Virus record (IMG/VR): IMGVR_UViG_2887127144_000001
Source: a virus
Lineage: Duplodnaviria > Caudoviricetes
DNA: 64,000 bases
Direction: 5' to 3' (one strand)
How positions within the stretch are numbered: position 1 is the stretch's first letter; every line of letters begins with the position of its first letter. The notes under the pieces are model-generated. The model was not told where the DNA came from. It searched no databases and saw nothing but the letters and a program-made list of their open reading frames with translations. The translations under genes and the position numbers were made by a program. Below, one piece after another: positions 55,506-64,000 of this stretch.

Positions 55506-56162
55506 ATGAAGGTATCGGATCGCGGGATCGCACTGATTAAAGACCACGAAGGGTTGCGGCTGGAGGCGTACCTATGCCCCGGCAACGTCTGGACAATCGG
55601 CTACGGCTCCACCAAAGGCGTGAAGCAAGGCATGAAGGTGACCAAGAAACAGGCCGAGGAAATGCTGCGTCGCGATATTGGCAGGTTCGAGCGGGCGGTG
55701 AACAAGTTGGTCACCATGGAATTGTCGCAGGAGCAGTTCGACGCGCTGGTGTCGCTCGCCTTTAACATCGGCGAAGGCGCGTTTGCAAAGTCCAAGCTAT
55801 TGGAGGTTCTAAACGCGGGGAAATATCGCGACGCAGCCGCGCAGTTCCCGAAGTGGCGCAAGTCGGCGGGCAAAGTGCTGCCTGGCTTGGTCAAGCGCCG
55901 CGCCGCCGAGAAAGCCCTGTTCCTCGAAGGCACCGCCCCCGAGCCCTTGAAGCCGCTCACCAAGAGCCGTGAACTGATCGGCAGCACCGTGGCTGCGGTC
56001 GGCACTGCGGGCGACGTCGCCCTCTCCGAGGCCAAGGACGCGATCGAGCCGGTCATCGGCTACTCGGAAACCCTTCGCTGGCTTTTCATCGCCCTCGTAT
56101 TCGTCGGCCTCGGCCTGACCATCTATGGGCGGCTCAGCAACCGGAGGAAGGGCATTGTTTAA
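55506..56162 (+). CDS. GH24 lysozyme endolysin with C-terminal membrane segment
   Basis: EGLRLEAYLCP..VWTIGYGST, QFDALVS..FNIG, LPGLVKRR.AE. Confidence 0.95.
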   Translation: MKVSDRGIALIKDHEGLRLEAYLCPGNVWTIGYGSTKGVKQGMKVTKKQAEEMLRRDIGRFERAVNKLVTMELSQEQFDALVSLAFNIGEGAFAKSKLLEVLNAGKYRDAAAQFPKWRKSAGKVLPGLVKRRAAEKALFLEGTAPEPLKPLTKSRELIGSTVAAVGTAGDVALSEAKDAIEPVIGYSETLRWLFIALVFVGLGLTIYGRLSNRRKGIV

Positions 56163-56379
56163 CGCGAAACTGATTGCCATCCTCGCGCTGTTGTGCATAG
56201 CTGCGGGGGGTGGGCTTTACTGGAAGGGCTACTTCAGCGGCAAGGCGACCTACGAGCAGCAGCAGGTGAAGAAAACGAATGAGATCAAGAGGAAACATGC
56301 GAAGGTCAAGCGCGACGCTCCTGGCGACACTGATAAGCAGCCTGTCATTGAGTGGCTGCGGCAACGCACCCGTCAGTGA
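56155..56379 (+). CDS. Inner-membrane spanin (Rz-like)
   Basis: N-terminal TM plus helical domain; overlapped by a lipoprotein ORF. Confidence 0.7.
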   Translation: MFNAKLIAILALLCIAAGGGLYWKGYFSGKATYEQQQVKKTNEIKRKHAKVKRDAPGDTDKQPVIEWLRQRTRQ

Positions 56380-56551
56380 CGCGGCACCCGAGCCGTACTA
56401 TCCATCCTGCGAGACCGTCCGGCACCTGAACCAAGCCAGCACCCCGGACATTGTCTGGCGTGACGTGCGCGGGATGGTGATCGTCATGGAGCAGCTCCGC
56501 GAGACCATGCCCGAGGACGAGCGGCCCCGTTTCGGTGAGTGCAAACTGTGA
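56297..56551 (+). CDS. Outer-membrane lipoprotein spanin (Rz1-like)
   Basis: Lipobox LSGC; GAGGA RBS; overlaps the i-spanin in another frame. Confidence 0.75.
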   Translation: MRRSSATLLATLISSLSLSGCGNAPVSDAAPEPYYPSCETVRHLNQASTPDIVWRDVRGMVIVMEQLRETMPEDERPRFGECKL

Positions 56552-56709
56552 GCGTCGTGGTCTGCGACTTCTGCGGCAAGCGGCCGCCCGAGGGCGAGCT
56601 CATCGTCGCGGCACCAGGCGGACAGGTCCACATCTGCGAGTCCTGCGTGTTCGTGTGCCAGAGGGTGATCGAGGAGGAGAAGCAGAAGTGTTCTGGCGCA
56701 GCTGGATAA
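56548..56709 (+). CDS. Stand-alone ClpX-type C4 zinc finger
   Basis: CDFCGK......LIVA....VHICESCV..C. Confidence 0.8.
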   Translation: MSVVVCDFCGKRPPEGELIVAAPGGQVHICESCVFVCQRVIEEEKQKCSGAAG

Positions 56710-56806
56710 TCGCCGCGTTTGTGATCGAGCTGCTGACGGGTTGTGCCATGTGCCCCATCGACCCCTCCGGCTGCCCGCCGTTCCCCGTAAGCTACGAGCC
56801 ACGTCT

Positions 56807-57064
56807 ATGAACGCCGTGAGCCCCTCCTTCGTCGCCCGCGAGGCCGAGCGCATGGCCCAGAACGCCAGCGGCAAGCAGGCCATGCTCCTGAACCACATCG
56901 CCGTGGGCTGCATGGTCGCCATGGCGCTGCCAGCAGTCCTGCAGGCGTTCAGCGCGGTATTCCGCAGCACGAATCACCTGACCCACGCCCAGCGCCTGAA
57001 CATGGAGCGTGTGGGCCGTCAGATCGACGAGAATAGTATGTGGGAGGGAGACAGGCGGCGGTAG
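56807..57064 (+). CDS. Small membrane protein with Arg-rich tail
   Basis: Central hydrophobic helix; ends THAQRL...GDRRR. Confidence 0.55.
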   Translation: MNAVSPSFVAREAERMAQNASGKQAMLLNHIAVGCMVAMALPAVLQAFSAVFRSTNHLTHAQRLNMERVGRQIDENSMWEGDRRR

Positions 57065-57096
57065 GGGGCGAACACGCGGCCCGCCCCACTTAATCT

Positions 57097-57432
57097 CTAC
57101 GCAACCTTGGCGATGGTCCTACCTTCGTCGTTGCAGATGTATGCGAAGCACTCTACGGCAAGGCGATGCCACTGCCCGTCCTTCTCATAATCCACGAAGC
57201 GTACTCGCACGCCCTCGGGGCCTCCGGTAGAGCGATTATCGATCGATTCATCGAATGTATGTACAGCTGAGGGAGATAGACCCGTGGTGCGAAATACGCC
57301 GGGTCCCTTCGTCAGCGTGTCGTGCAATTCTCTGTCCGAAACAAATTGAAACCCGCTTTCGTGGATCTCCACGTCGGTCACGTTCTGAATGATACGCTGG
57401 GTATTGCGGTTCGTCATAACTTTTATAAGCAT
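57097..57432 (-). CDS. Hypothetical protein (low GC)
   Basis: AAGGA RBS; AYICND.GRTI C-terminal motif. Confidence 0.7.
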   Translation of the reverse strand: MLIKVMTNRNTQRIIQNVTDVEIHESGFQFVSDRELHDTLTKGPGVFRTTGLSPSAVHTFDESIDNRSTGGPEGVRVRFVDYEKDGQWHRLAVECFAYICNDEGRTIAKVA

Positions 57433-57769
57433 ATTTATAGTCCTTCTATTAATGCTAATGACATTGTCGCCTCAATGATGCGACTTGCAAATAGTGAATC
57501 AGACGCCGCCTTAGGTCAAGCGCACGATCGCTGTAGTCGCTTCTATTTCCGGTTGGCTCCCCGCCGCGGGCATGCTACACCTTGTCGGGCCGAATCCCAG
57601 CCGACCGCCCAGCATGTCCTTCGCCAGCCGCTTCTCCTCCAAAGATCGCCCCGACTCATTCGTGGAACGTGTCAGGCCGTCTCGCGGCCAGGGGCTTTTC
57701 TCGTTCTCCGAACCCCCTCCCCATACCGTGCACGGCCCGCCAGGGCCTTCCTCCGCGACCGTACCTCCC

Positions 57770-57830
57770 CAGCCGTCCGCTTCAAGCTGCAATGGGTCCC
57801 CTCCCATTTCGCTTGACCCGGCCGTTGCTG
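57770..57830 (+). promoter_or_regulatory. Frpo/ssi-like hairpin promoter 5
   Basis: TCAAGC/GCTTGA and AATGGG/CCCATT IRs; TTGACCCGGCCG identical to 208-219. Confidence 0.5.
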
Positions 57831-57895
57831 AGTCGGTTGATCGCTCCGACGTCAGGCCCCCGCTCGCGGGGCCTTCAACGTCTCAAGGAGGTTCC

Positions 57896-60800
57896 ATGGA
57901 CAATCCCCTCTCATCAGGCGAGAAAGCCAAAGCCCGCGACATCCTCGCCGCCATCCGCACGCTCAAGACCGTCGAACGCGAGCAGCGTCCCCCCACCGAC
58001 GACGAGATGCAGGCCCTCCGCCGATTCGGCGGCTTCGGGGCGGTGGCCCTCTCCATCTTCTCCGATCCCGTCACTGGCCAGTTCAAGGACGGCTGGCGCG
58101 AGATCGGCGAGGAGCTCCGCTCGCTCCTGACCCCCGAGGAATACGACTCCGCCAAGCGGACGACCTTCTCCCAGTTCTTCACCTCCCCCGTCGTCATGCG
58201 GGCCATGCACGACGCCCTTTCGCGTTTGGGCGTTCCTACCACCGCGACCGTGCTCGAGCCGGGATGCGGGACCGGCAATTTCATGGCTCACGCTCCCGCA
58301 GGTCAGCGGTTCATCGGCGTCGAGCTCGACTCCCTCACCGGCCGCATTGCCCGCGAGCTGCATCCCTCGGCAGATATCCGCATCGAAAACTTCCGCGACT
58401 CGAAGCTCCCTCCTCTCGACGCCGTGATCGGCAACGTCCCCTTCGCCAACGTCCACCTCGACTTCCACGGCCGGAAGCTCTCCCTCCACGACTTCTGCAT
58501 CGCCAAGTCGGTCGAGGCCCTGAAGCCCGGCGGCGTCCTCGCCGTGGTCACCAGCCACTTCACCCTCGACAAGCAGAACGCCGCCGTCCGCGAACTGCTC
58601 GCCTCGCAGGCCGACTTCCTCGGGGCCATCCGCCTGCCGAATGACGCCTTCAAGCGGGAGGGCACGGCGGTCACCACGGACATCCTGTTCCTGCGTAAGC
58701 GGGCCCCCGGCCAGGCGCCGAACCACGCGGACCCGGAATGGCTGGAAACCTCCGAGATCGGCATCGCCGGGGCCGACCTGCCGGTCAACCGCTACTTCCT
58801 GAACCACGACGAGATGGTCCTCGGCGACTGGAGTCGCGAGCACCTGCTCCACGGGGCGGTCGGGTTCAGCGTGAAGTCGAACGGCGACCTGGCCAGCCAG
58901 CTCAAGGAGGCCATCGCCCGGTTGCCGCAGGTGAAGCAGTCCGAGGCGGAGCGGCCGAATCCGCCTCCGGCCGTTCTACTAGACCCCGAAAAACGAGTAG
59001 ATGTAGTAGAAGTCCAAGTAGAAAAACCAGCCTTCGTCCCGCCCCCGCCGCTCCGGCATATCACCGAAGGCTCCCTGTTCGTCGGCGACGACAAGGTCAT
59101 CCGCCAGGTCGAGAACGGAACTGCCGAGCCCGTCACCTACTGCGGCGTCCTCCTCAGGTCCGACGGCACGCCCCAGGCCCGAAAGATCGGCTCGCTCATC
59201 GGGCTGCGCGACCTCGCCCGCCGCGTGCTCCAGTCCCAGAACGAGGGCTGGCCCGAGGCGAACCGCCAGGAGGCACGCCGGGCGCTCAACGCGGCCTACG
59301 ACCGATTCGTGGCCCAGTACGGCCCGGTCAATAAGACCACGTTCACGGAGACCAAGAACGGCACCATCCGCCGCATGCCCAACCTGGTGAAGTTCCGGGA
59401 GGACCCGGACGCCATGCTCGTCATGAGCCTCGAGGAGTACGACGAGGCGACCGGCAAGGCGGAGAAGGCCGCTATCATGAAGCGGGACGTGGTCGGCCCG
59501 AAGCCGCCCGTCACGCACGTCGCCTCCGCGGAGGAAGGGCTGCTGGTCTCGCTGAACGAGCGAGGGGCCGTCGACCTGCCGTTCATCGCCTTGCTCTACG
59601 GGAAGCCCGAGGAGGCCGTCGTCGCCGAGCTTGGCGACCTGATCTTCAAAAACCCTGAGACCGGGAAGTTCGAAGTCGCCGACGACTACCTCTCGGGGAA
59701 CGTCCGCCACAAGCTCGCCGTCGCCGAGAAGGCAGGGCCGGGGTATGCCCGGAACGTCGAGGCCCTGCGCTCAGTCCAGCCCGAGGACGTGCTACCCGGC
59801 GACATCGACGCGAACCTGGGCGCCCCATGGATCCCCGAGAAGGACATCAAGGCGTTCGCTGAGGAGCTCTTCGGCGGCTCGTTCACCGTCGGACACCTGA
59901 AGAAGGATGCCGTCTGGAGCCTGGAGCCCGACTACCGGGCCATCCAGTCGGTCGCGGCCACCGCCGACTTCGGGACCGGCCGGATCAACGGCACGGAGCT
60001 GCTCGCCCAGGCCTTGAACCTGAAATCACCGGTCATCTACGACACGATCCGCGGCGTCAACGGCGACGAGCGGGTCCTGAACCCGACCGAGACGCAGGCC
60101 GCCAAGGAGAAGCAGAAGCTCATCAAGGAGCGGTTCAAGTCGTGGATCTTCGCCGACCCCGACCGCACCGAGCGGCTGGTGAGGATCTACAACGACACCT
60201 ACAACAACATCCGGCCACGGCTGTTCGATGGCAGCCATCTAGATTTTCCGGGGATGAGCAGGGCGATCACGCTCAAGCCCCATCAGGTCGACGCGGTCTG
60301 GCGGTGCATGACGGCGGGGAACACGCTGCTCGCGCACGCCGTCGGAGCGGGCAAGGCCCAGCCACTCGACGCGAAAGTCCTGACACCAACTGGCTGGGTG
60401 CGGATGGGCAACCTCCGGCCGGGGGATAAGGTAATCGCGGGCGATGGCACCGTGACGCAGGTCACTGGAGTTTTCCCGCAAGGTGAGAAGGCAATCTGGC
60501 GGGTTGCCTTCTCCGATGGCTCATCTACGCGAGCATGCGGAGAGCATCTCTGGCTGACCCAGACGAGTGCGGAACGGCAGCGATGGAATGAGGCGAAGCG
60601 CGAAGGGCATGTCACCGTCAAGGGGCAACCCAAAGTCAGAACTACGGAGGAGCTAGCCCGAACTATTCACGAACGGCACTACGTGCCGCTGACCGGCCCG
60701 GTTGAATTCACTGCCGTTGAGTTGCCACTCGACCCATACACCCTCGGCGTGCTCATCGGCGACGCATCCTTCCGCCAGTTCTCGGTCCAACTGGCAGTCC

Positions 60801-63800
60801 CCGAGTCCGTTCAACTCGATTACCTCGCGCTGCCCGCTGGCGTGACGGCGAAGACCTGGTCGAAGCCGGGGAAGTGTCCCGTCGCGTGGATGGTCGCGGG
60901 CGGCGTCAGGCCGAACCCGCTCAACAAGATCATCCGTGAGCTTGGGCTGTGGAACTTGAAGAGCCGCGACAAGTTCATCCCTAACGACTACCTCTACGCC
61001 TCCCCGGCCGACCGCCTGGGGATGATCCAGGGCCTGATGGATGCCGACGGTGGGGTGGTGGGGCGGACGGCCCGGTACACCAGCTACTCGGAGAGATTGG
61101 CCGACGGAATGGTCGCGCTGGTGAGGAGCTTGGGCGGCATCCCGCACAAGCGCATCATGGAAGGCGCTGCGCCAGGAAGCGTCAAATTCACCGTAGACGT
61201 AAAGCTGCCTGATGGAATGGTTCCATTTCGGCTGAAGCGAAAGGTGCTAGCCTGGAAGGGGTCCACAATAAATCGCCGCACCCCGAAGCGGTGCATCGTC
61301 TCTATATCCCCTGACGGGGTCGCACCCTCCCAGTGTATCGCAGTAGCCCACCCGTCGCGCCTCTACATCACGGATGATTTCATCGTCACCCACAACACCT
61401 ACGAGATGTGCGCCGCCGGAATGAAGATGAAGCAGGCTGGCATCATTAAAAAACCGATGTACTGCATCGCGAACAACATGCTGGAGCAGTTCGCTCGCGA
61501 ATTCCTCCAGTTATATCCTGATGCCAAGCTTCTCGTCGCGACCAAGGAGGATTTCACGCGAGAAAAGCGAAAACTCCTGACGGCTCGGATCGCTTCAGGA
61601 GACTGGGATGGCATCATCACCACTCATTCGAGCTTCGAGCGGATTGGTATGTCGCGTGAGTTCCAAGAGCGGTTCCTGCGCGATCAGATCAAAGAATACG
61701 AAGATCTCCTGATTGACAAGGCCACGCTGGGCCGGAACATCACGAAGACGCTAGAAAAGCAAAAAGTGGCGAGGGAAGAAAAGCTCAAAGCTCTTCTGGC
61801 TGAGGACAAGAAGGACAGTGGTTTGGTCTTCGATGAGTTGGGGATTGACCACCTGTTCGTAGACGAGTCGGCGATGAGTTTCAAAAACCTCGAAACTCCC
61901 ACCAAGATGGAGCGTGTCGCAGGCATCCAGACCAGCGGCTCCGAACGGGCCTTTGATCTGTACATGAAGTGCCGCTACCTCGACGAACGCCACCCTGGCC
62001 ACGGCGTCACGTTCGCCACAGGCACGCCGATCACGAATACCATGGTCGAGATGTACACCAACCAGCGGTTCCTCGACCCCGAGGGGCTCCGCTCGCGCGG
62101 CATCGAGCACTTCGACGCTTGGGCCGCCACGTTCGGCGAGGTTGTGGACTCCATGGAGATCTCGCCCGACGGTGCATCGCTCCGGCCCCGCAGCCGCTTC
62201 GCGAAGTTCGTGAACCTGCCCGAGCTGGTCCAGATGTTCCGCGCCTTCGCCGACGTGCAGACGGCGGAGATGCTGGACCTGCCCCGGCCGAAGCTTGAAG
62301 GCGGGAAGCCCCAGACCATGGCCTGCCCCATGTCCGAGGAGCAGAAGGGTTTGCAGGCGGGGCTCATCAAGCGGTACGACCGCATCCGCAACGAGAAGGT
62401 CGATCCACGCGAGGACAACGCCCTGGCGATCACCACGGACGGCCGCAAGCTGGCCCTCGACGGCCGGATGCTCGGGACCGGGGGCGACTTCCCGGAGTCG
62501 AAGATCAACGCCCTGGTCAGGAACGTGGCCCGGATCTGGAACGCGACCGCCGAGAAACGCGGCACGCAGATGGTCTTCTGCGACATGGGCGTGAACGCAA
62601 ACCCGTTCTCGGCCTACGACGAGATCGTGGAGAAGTTGGTCGACCACGGCATCCCACGGGCCCAGATCGCCGTGATCGGCGATGCCGACACCGACGCGAA
62701 GAAGCAGGCACTGTTCGAGAAGGTCCGTCAGGGCACCGTTCGCGTGCTCCTGGGCTCGACGTCCAAGATGGGCACGGGCACCAACGTCCAGAAGCGACTG
62801 GTGGCCCTCCATCACCTCGACGCCCCCTGGAAGCCCGCCGAGGTCGAGCAGCGAGACGGCCGCATCCTCCGTCAGGGCAATGAGAACTCCGAGGTGGCCA
62901 TCTACCGATACGTCACCGAGGGTTCGTTCGACGCCTACATGTGGCAGGCGTTGGAGACCAAGGCCCGATTCATCGCCCAGGTGATGAGCGGCGACTGCGC
63001 GGTCAGGAAGGCCGAGGACATCGGCGGCCAGGAGCTGAGCTATGCCGAGGTGAAGGCCATCGCCTCGGGCAACCCGGCCGTGCTGACGCTGGCCGAGGCC
63101 GACGCCGAGCTCCAGCGGCTGGCTATTCTGCGGAAGAACCACCTGGACGAGCAGTACCGCGCAAGGCAGTCGGTCAGGGACCTCCCCGACGACATCCGGC
63201 GGCTGGAGAAGCGGCTGGAGGGCTTGGAGGCCGACAAGGCGACACTCGCGAAGAGCGAGGCTGTTCCGTCGCAGGAGGCAGTCGCCGATCGCATGAAGCG
63301 GATGCCGGAGAAGGTGAGCGAGACCTACCGCACCCCGCTCGGGCGATACCGCGGACTGGAGGCCAGCCTGATCCTGCACCCGCTCGGCGGGACGGAGGTC
63401 GTGCTGGACGGGGCGACCCGACGCCGGGAGACGCTGCTGCGGGACAACCCCGGCCCGCGTGCCGTGCTGAACGCGCTGGAACGGCTGGCGAACAGCTATG
63501 ACTACGATTGCCGGAGCCACCGGGCGGAGATCGGTGTGAGGCAGGGCCAGCTCAAGGACTACGAGGCCCGCCTCGGAAAACCGTTCGAACATGCCGACTA
63601 CATGAGCCAGCTGGCGGGCCTTCGCGACCTGCTCAAGGCCGGCCTCTCGGAGAACCCACCCGAGGGCATCCCTCCCGCCGGCGAGGTGGCCGAGAAGATC
63701 AAGGCGTTGCGGGAGGCGAACACCGTCGAGGCCGCCCCCGAGCGTGCGGTGAGGAAGGCCGCAAGGGCCGAGAGGCCGGTGACAGCCCGGCTCAGGGAAA

Positions 63801-64000
63801 AGCTGGCCGAGCAGCAGGCGGCCGAGGTGCCAGCTTCGGTCGAGGCCAACCCGGAGCCGGACGCAGCCCAGCCCGAGCCTGTTCAGGCGCCAGAGCACGT
63901 GGTCGTCCCCATGCCGGACCGGGTGAGGCTGACGAACGGCCACGCCAAGGCGGTGGTCAGCCGCCGCCAGGCGAAGGCGGAGCAGTTGAGACTGTTCTGA
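57896..64000 (+). CDS. DarB-like N6-adenine methyltransferase / SF2 (SNF2-related) helicase, intein-containing
   Basis: VLEPGCGTGNF, IGNVPF, YLSGNV..KL, LGAPWIP, AHAVGAGK/T, FATGTP, MGTGTNVQ, EQRDGRI.RQGN; AAGGAGG RBS. Confidence 0.95.
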   Translation: MDNPLSSGEKAKARDILAAIRTLKTVEREQRPPTDDEMQALRRFGGFGAVALSIFSDPVTGQFKDGWREIGEELRSLLTPEEYDSAKRTTFSQFFTSPVVMRAMHDALSRLGVPTTATVLEPGCGTGNFMAHAPAGQRFIGVELDSLTGRIARELHPSADIRIENFRDSKLPPLDAVIGNVPFANVHLDFHGRKLSLHDFCIAKSVEALKPGGVLAVVTSHFTLDKQNAAVRELLASQADFLGAIRLPNDAFKREGTAVTTDILFLRKRAPGQAPNHADPEWLETSEIGIAGADLPVNRYFLNHDEMVLGDWSREHLLHGAVGFSVKSNGDLASQLKEAIARLPQVKQSEAERPNPPPAVLLDPEKRVDVVEVQVEKPAFVPPPPLRHITEGSLFVGDDKVIRQVENGTAEPVTYCGVLLRSDGTPQARKIGSLIGLRDLARRVLQSQNEGWPEANRQEARRALNAAYDRFVAQYGPVNKTTFTETKNGTIRRMPNLVKFREDPDAMLVMSLEEYDEATGKAEKAAIMKRDVVGPKPPVTHVASAEEGLLVSLNERGAVDLPFIALLYGKPEEAVVAELGDLIFKNPETGKFEVADDYLSGNVRHKLAVAEKAGPGYARNVEALRSVQPEDVLPGDIDANLGAPWIPEKDIKAFAEELFGGSFTVGHLKKDAVWSLEPDYRAIQSVAATADFGTGRINGTELLAQALNLKSPVIYDTIRGVNGDERVLNPTETQAAKEKQKLIKERFKSWIFADPDRTERLVRIYNDTYNNIRPRLFDGSHLDFPGMSRAITLKPHQVDAVWRCMTAGNTLLAHAVGAGKAQPLDAKVLTPTGWVRMGNLRPGDKVIAGDGTVTQVTGVFPQGEKAIWRVAFSDGSSTRACGEHLWLTQTSAERQRWNEAKREGHVTVKGQPKVRTTEELARTIHERHYVPLTGPVEFTAVELPLDPYTLGVLIGDASFRQFSVQLAVPESVQLDYLALPAGVTAKTWSKPGKCPVAWMVAGGVRPNPLNKIIRELGLWNLKSRDKFIPNDYLYASPADRLGMIQGLMDADGGVVGRTARYTSYSERLADGMVALVRSLGGIPHKRIMEGAAPGSVKFTVDVKLPDGMVPFRLKRKVLAWKGSTINRRTPKRCIVSISPDGVAPSQCIAVAHPSRLYITDDFIVTHNTYEMCAAGMKMKQAGIIKKPMYCIANNMLEQFAREFLQLYPDAKLLVATKEDFTREKRKLLTARIASGDWDGIITTHSSFERIGMSREFQERFLRDQIKEYEDLLIDKATLGRNITKTLEKQKVAREEKLKALLAEDKKDSGLVFDELGIDHLFVDESAMSFKNLETPTKMERVAGIQTSGSERAFDLYMKCRYLDERHPGHGVTFATGTPITNTMVEMYTNQRFLDPEGLRSRGIEHFDAWAATFGEVVDSMEISPDGASLRPRSRFAKFVNLPELVQMFRAFADVQTAEMLDLPRPKLEGGKPQTMACPMSEEQKGLQAGLIKRYDRIRNEKVDPREDNALAITTDGRKLALDGRMLGTGGDFPESKINALVRNVARIWNATAEKRGTQMVFCDMGVNANPFSAYDEIVEKLVDHGIPRAQIAVIGDADTDAKKQALFEKVRQGTVRVLLGSTSKMGTGTNVQKRLVALHHLDAPWKPAEVEQRDGRILRQGNENSEVAIYRYVTEGSFDAYMWQALETKARFIAQVMSGDCAVRKAEDIGGQELSYAEVKAIASGNPAVLTLAEADAELQRLAILRKNHLDEQYRARQSVRDLPDDIRRLEKRLEGLEADKATLAKSEAVPSQEAVADRMKRMPEKVSETYRTPLGRYRGLEASLILHPLGGTEVVLDGATRRRETLLRDNPGPRAVLNALERLANSYDYDCRSHRAEIGVRQGQLKDYEARLGKPFEHADYMSQLAGLRDLLKAGLSENPPEGIPPAGEVAEKIKALREANTVEAAPERAVRKAARAERPVTARLREKLAEQQAAEVPASVEANPEPDAAQPEPVQAPEHVVVPMPDRVRLTNGHAKAVVSRRQAKAEQLRLF
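60356..61396 (+). mobile_element. Class 3 intein with LAGLIDADG homing endonuclease (347 aa)
   Basis: GAGK|AQPLDAKVLTP...EHLW...LGVLIGDA...GLMDADG...QCIAV...VTHN|T. Confidence 0.93.

Larger units (their letters stand above)
15400..56810. mobile_element. Siphovirus-type (HK97-fold) phage genome, boundaries approximate, no integrase seen
   Basis: Syntenic replication, packaging, head, neck, tail and lysis modules with intact ORFs. Confidence 0.92.

Noticed and set aside
35488-63943. Long antisense ORFs (35488-36789, 39928-41625, 49842-51254, 61751-63943)
   Set aside because: Shadow frames of high-GC3 genes with no recognisable motifs
1-64000. CRISPR array, tRNA, rRNA, reverse transcriptase (DGR/retron) or IS transposase
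   Set aside because: No regularly spaced repeats, cloverleaf, RT motifs or DDE transposase seen by eye; dedicated scanners were not run

Overview
GC-rich 64 kb mosaic mobile element with no host housekeeping genes. About 15.4-56.8 kb is an apparently intact siphovirus-type genome. It has early genes, a Sak4/SSB/exonuclease/helicase/primase-polymerase replication module, an iteron origin, terminase, an HK97-fold (RcGTA-family-like) head, a non-contractile tail, an endolysin and spanins. This phage is interleaved with a conjugative-mobilisation backbone: a MOB-F (TrwC/TraI-like) relaxase-helicase, a DUF932 gene, a ~2,030 aa DarB-like methyltransferase/SF2 helicase carrying a class 3 intein, and five co-oriented Frpo/ssi-like hairpin promoters. 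A second block of phage-type small genes (5.9-10 kb) sits inside that backbone. I see no integrase, att repeats, partition genes, coupling protein or VirB genes in the window. The leading hypothesis is a phage genome that can also be mobilised by conjugation. All calls come from motif reading only; no searches were run.
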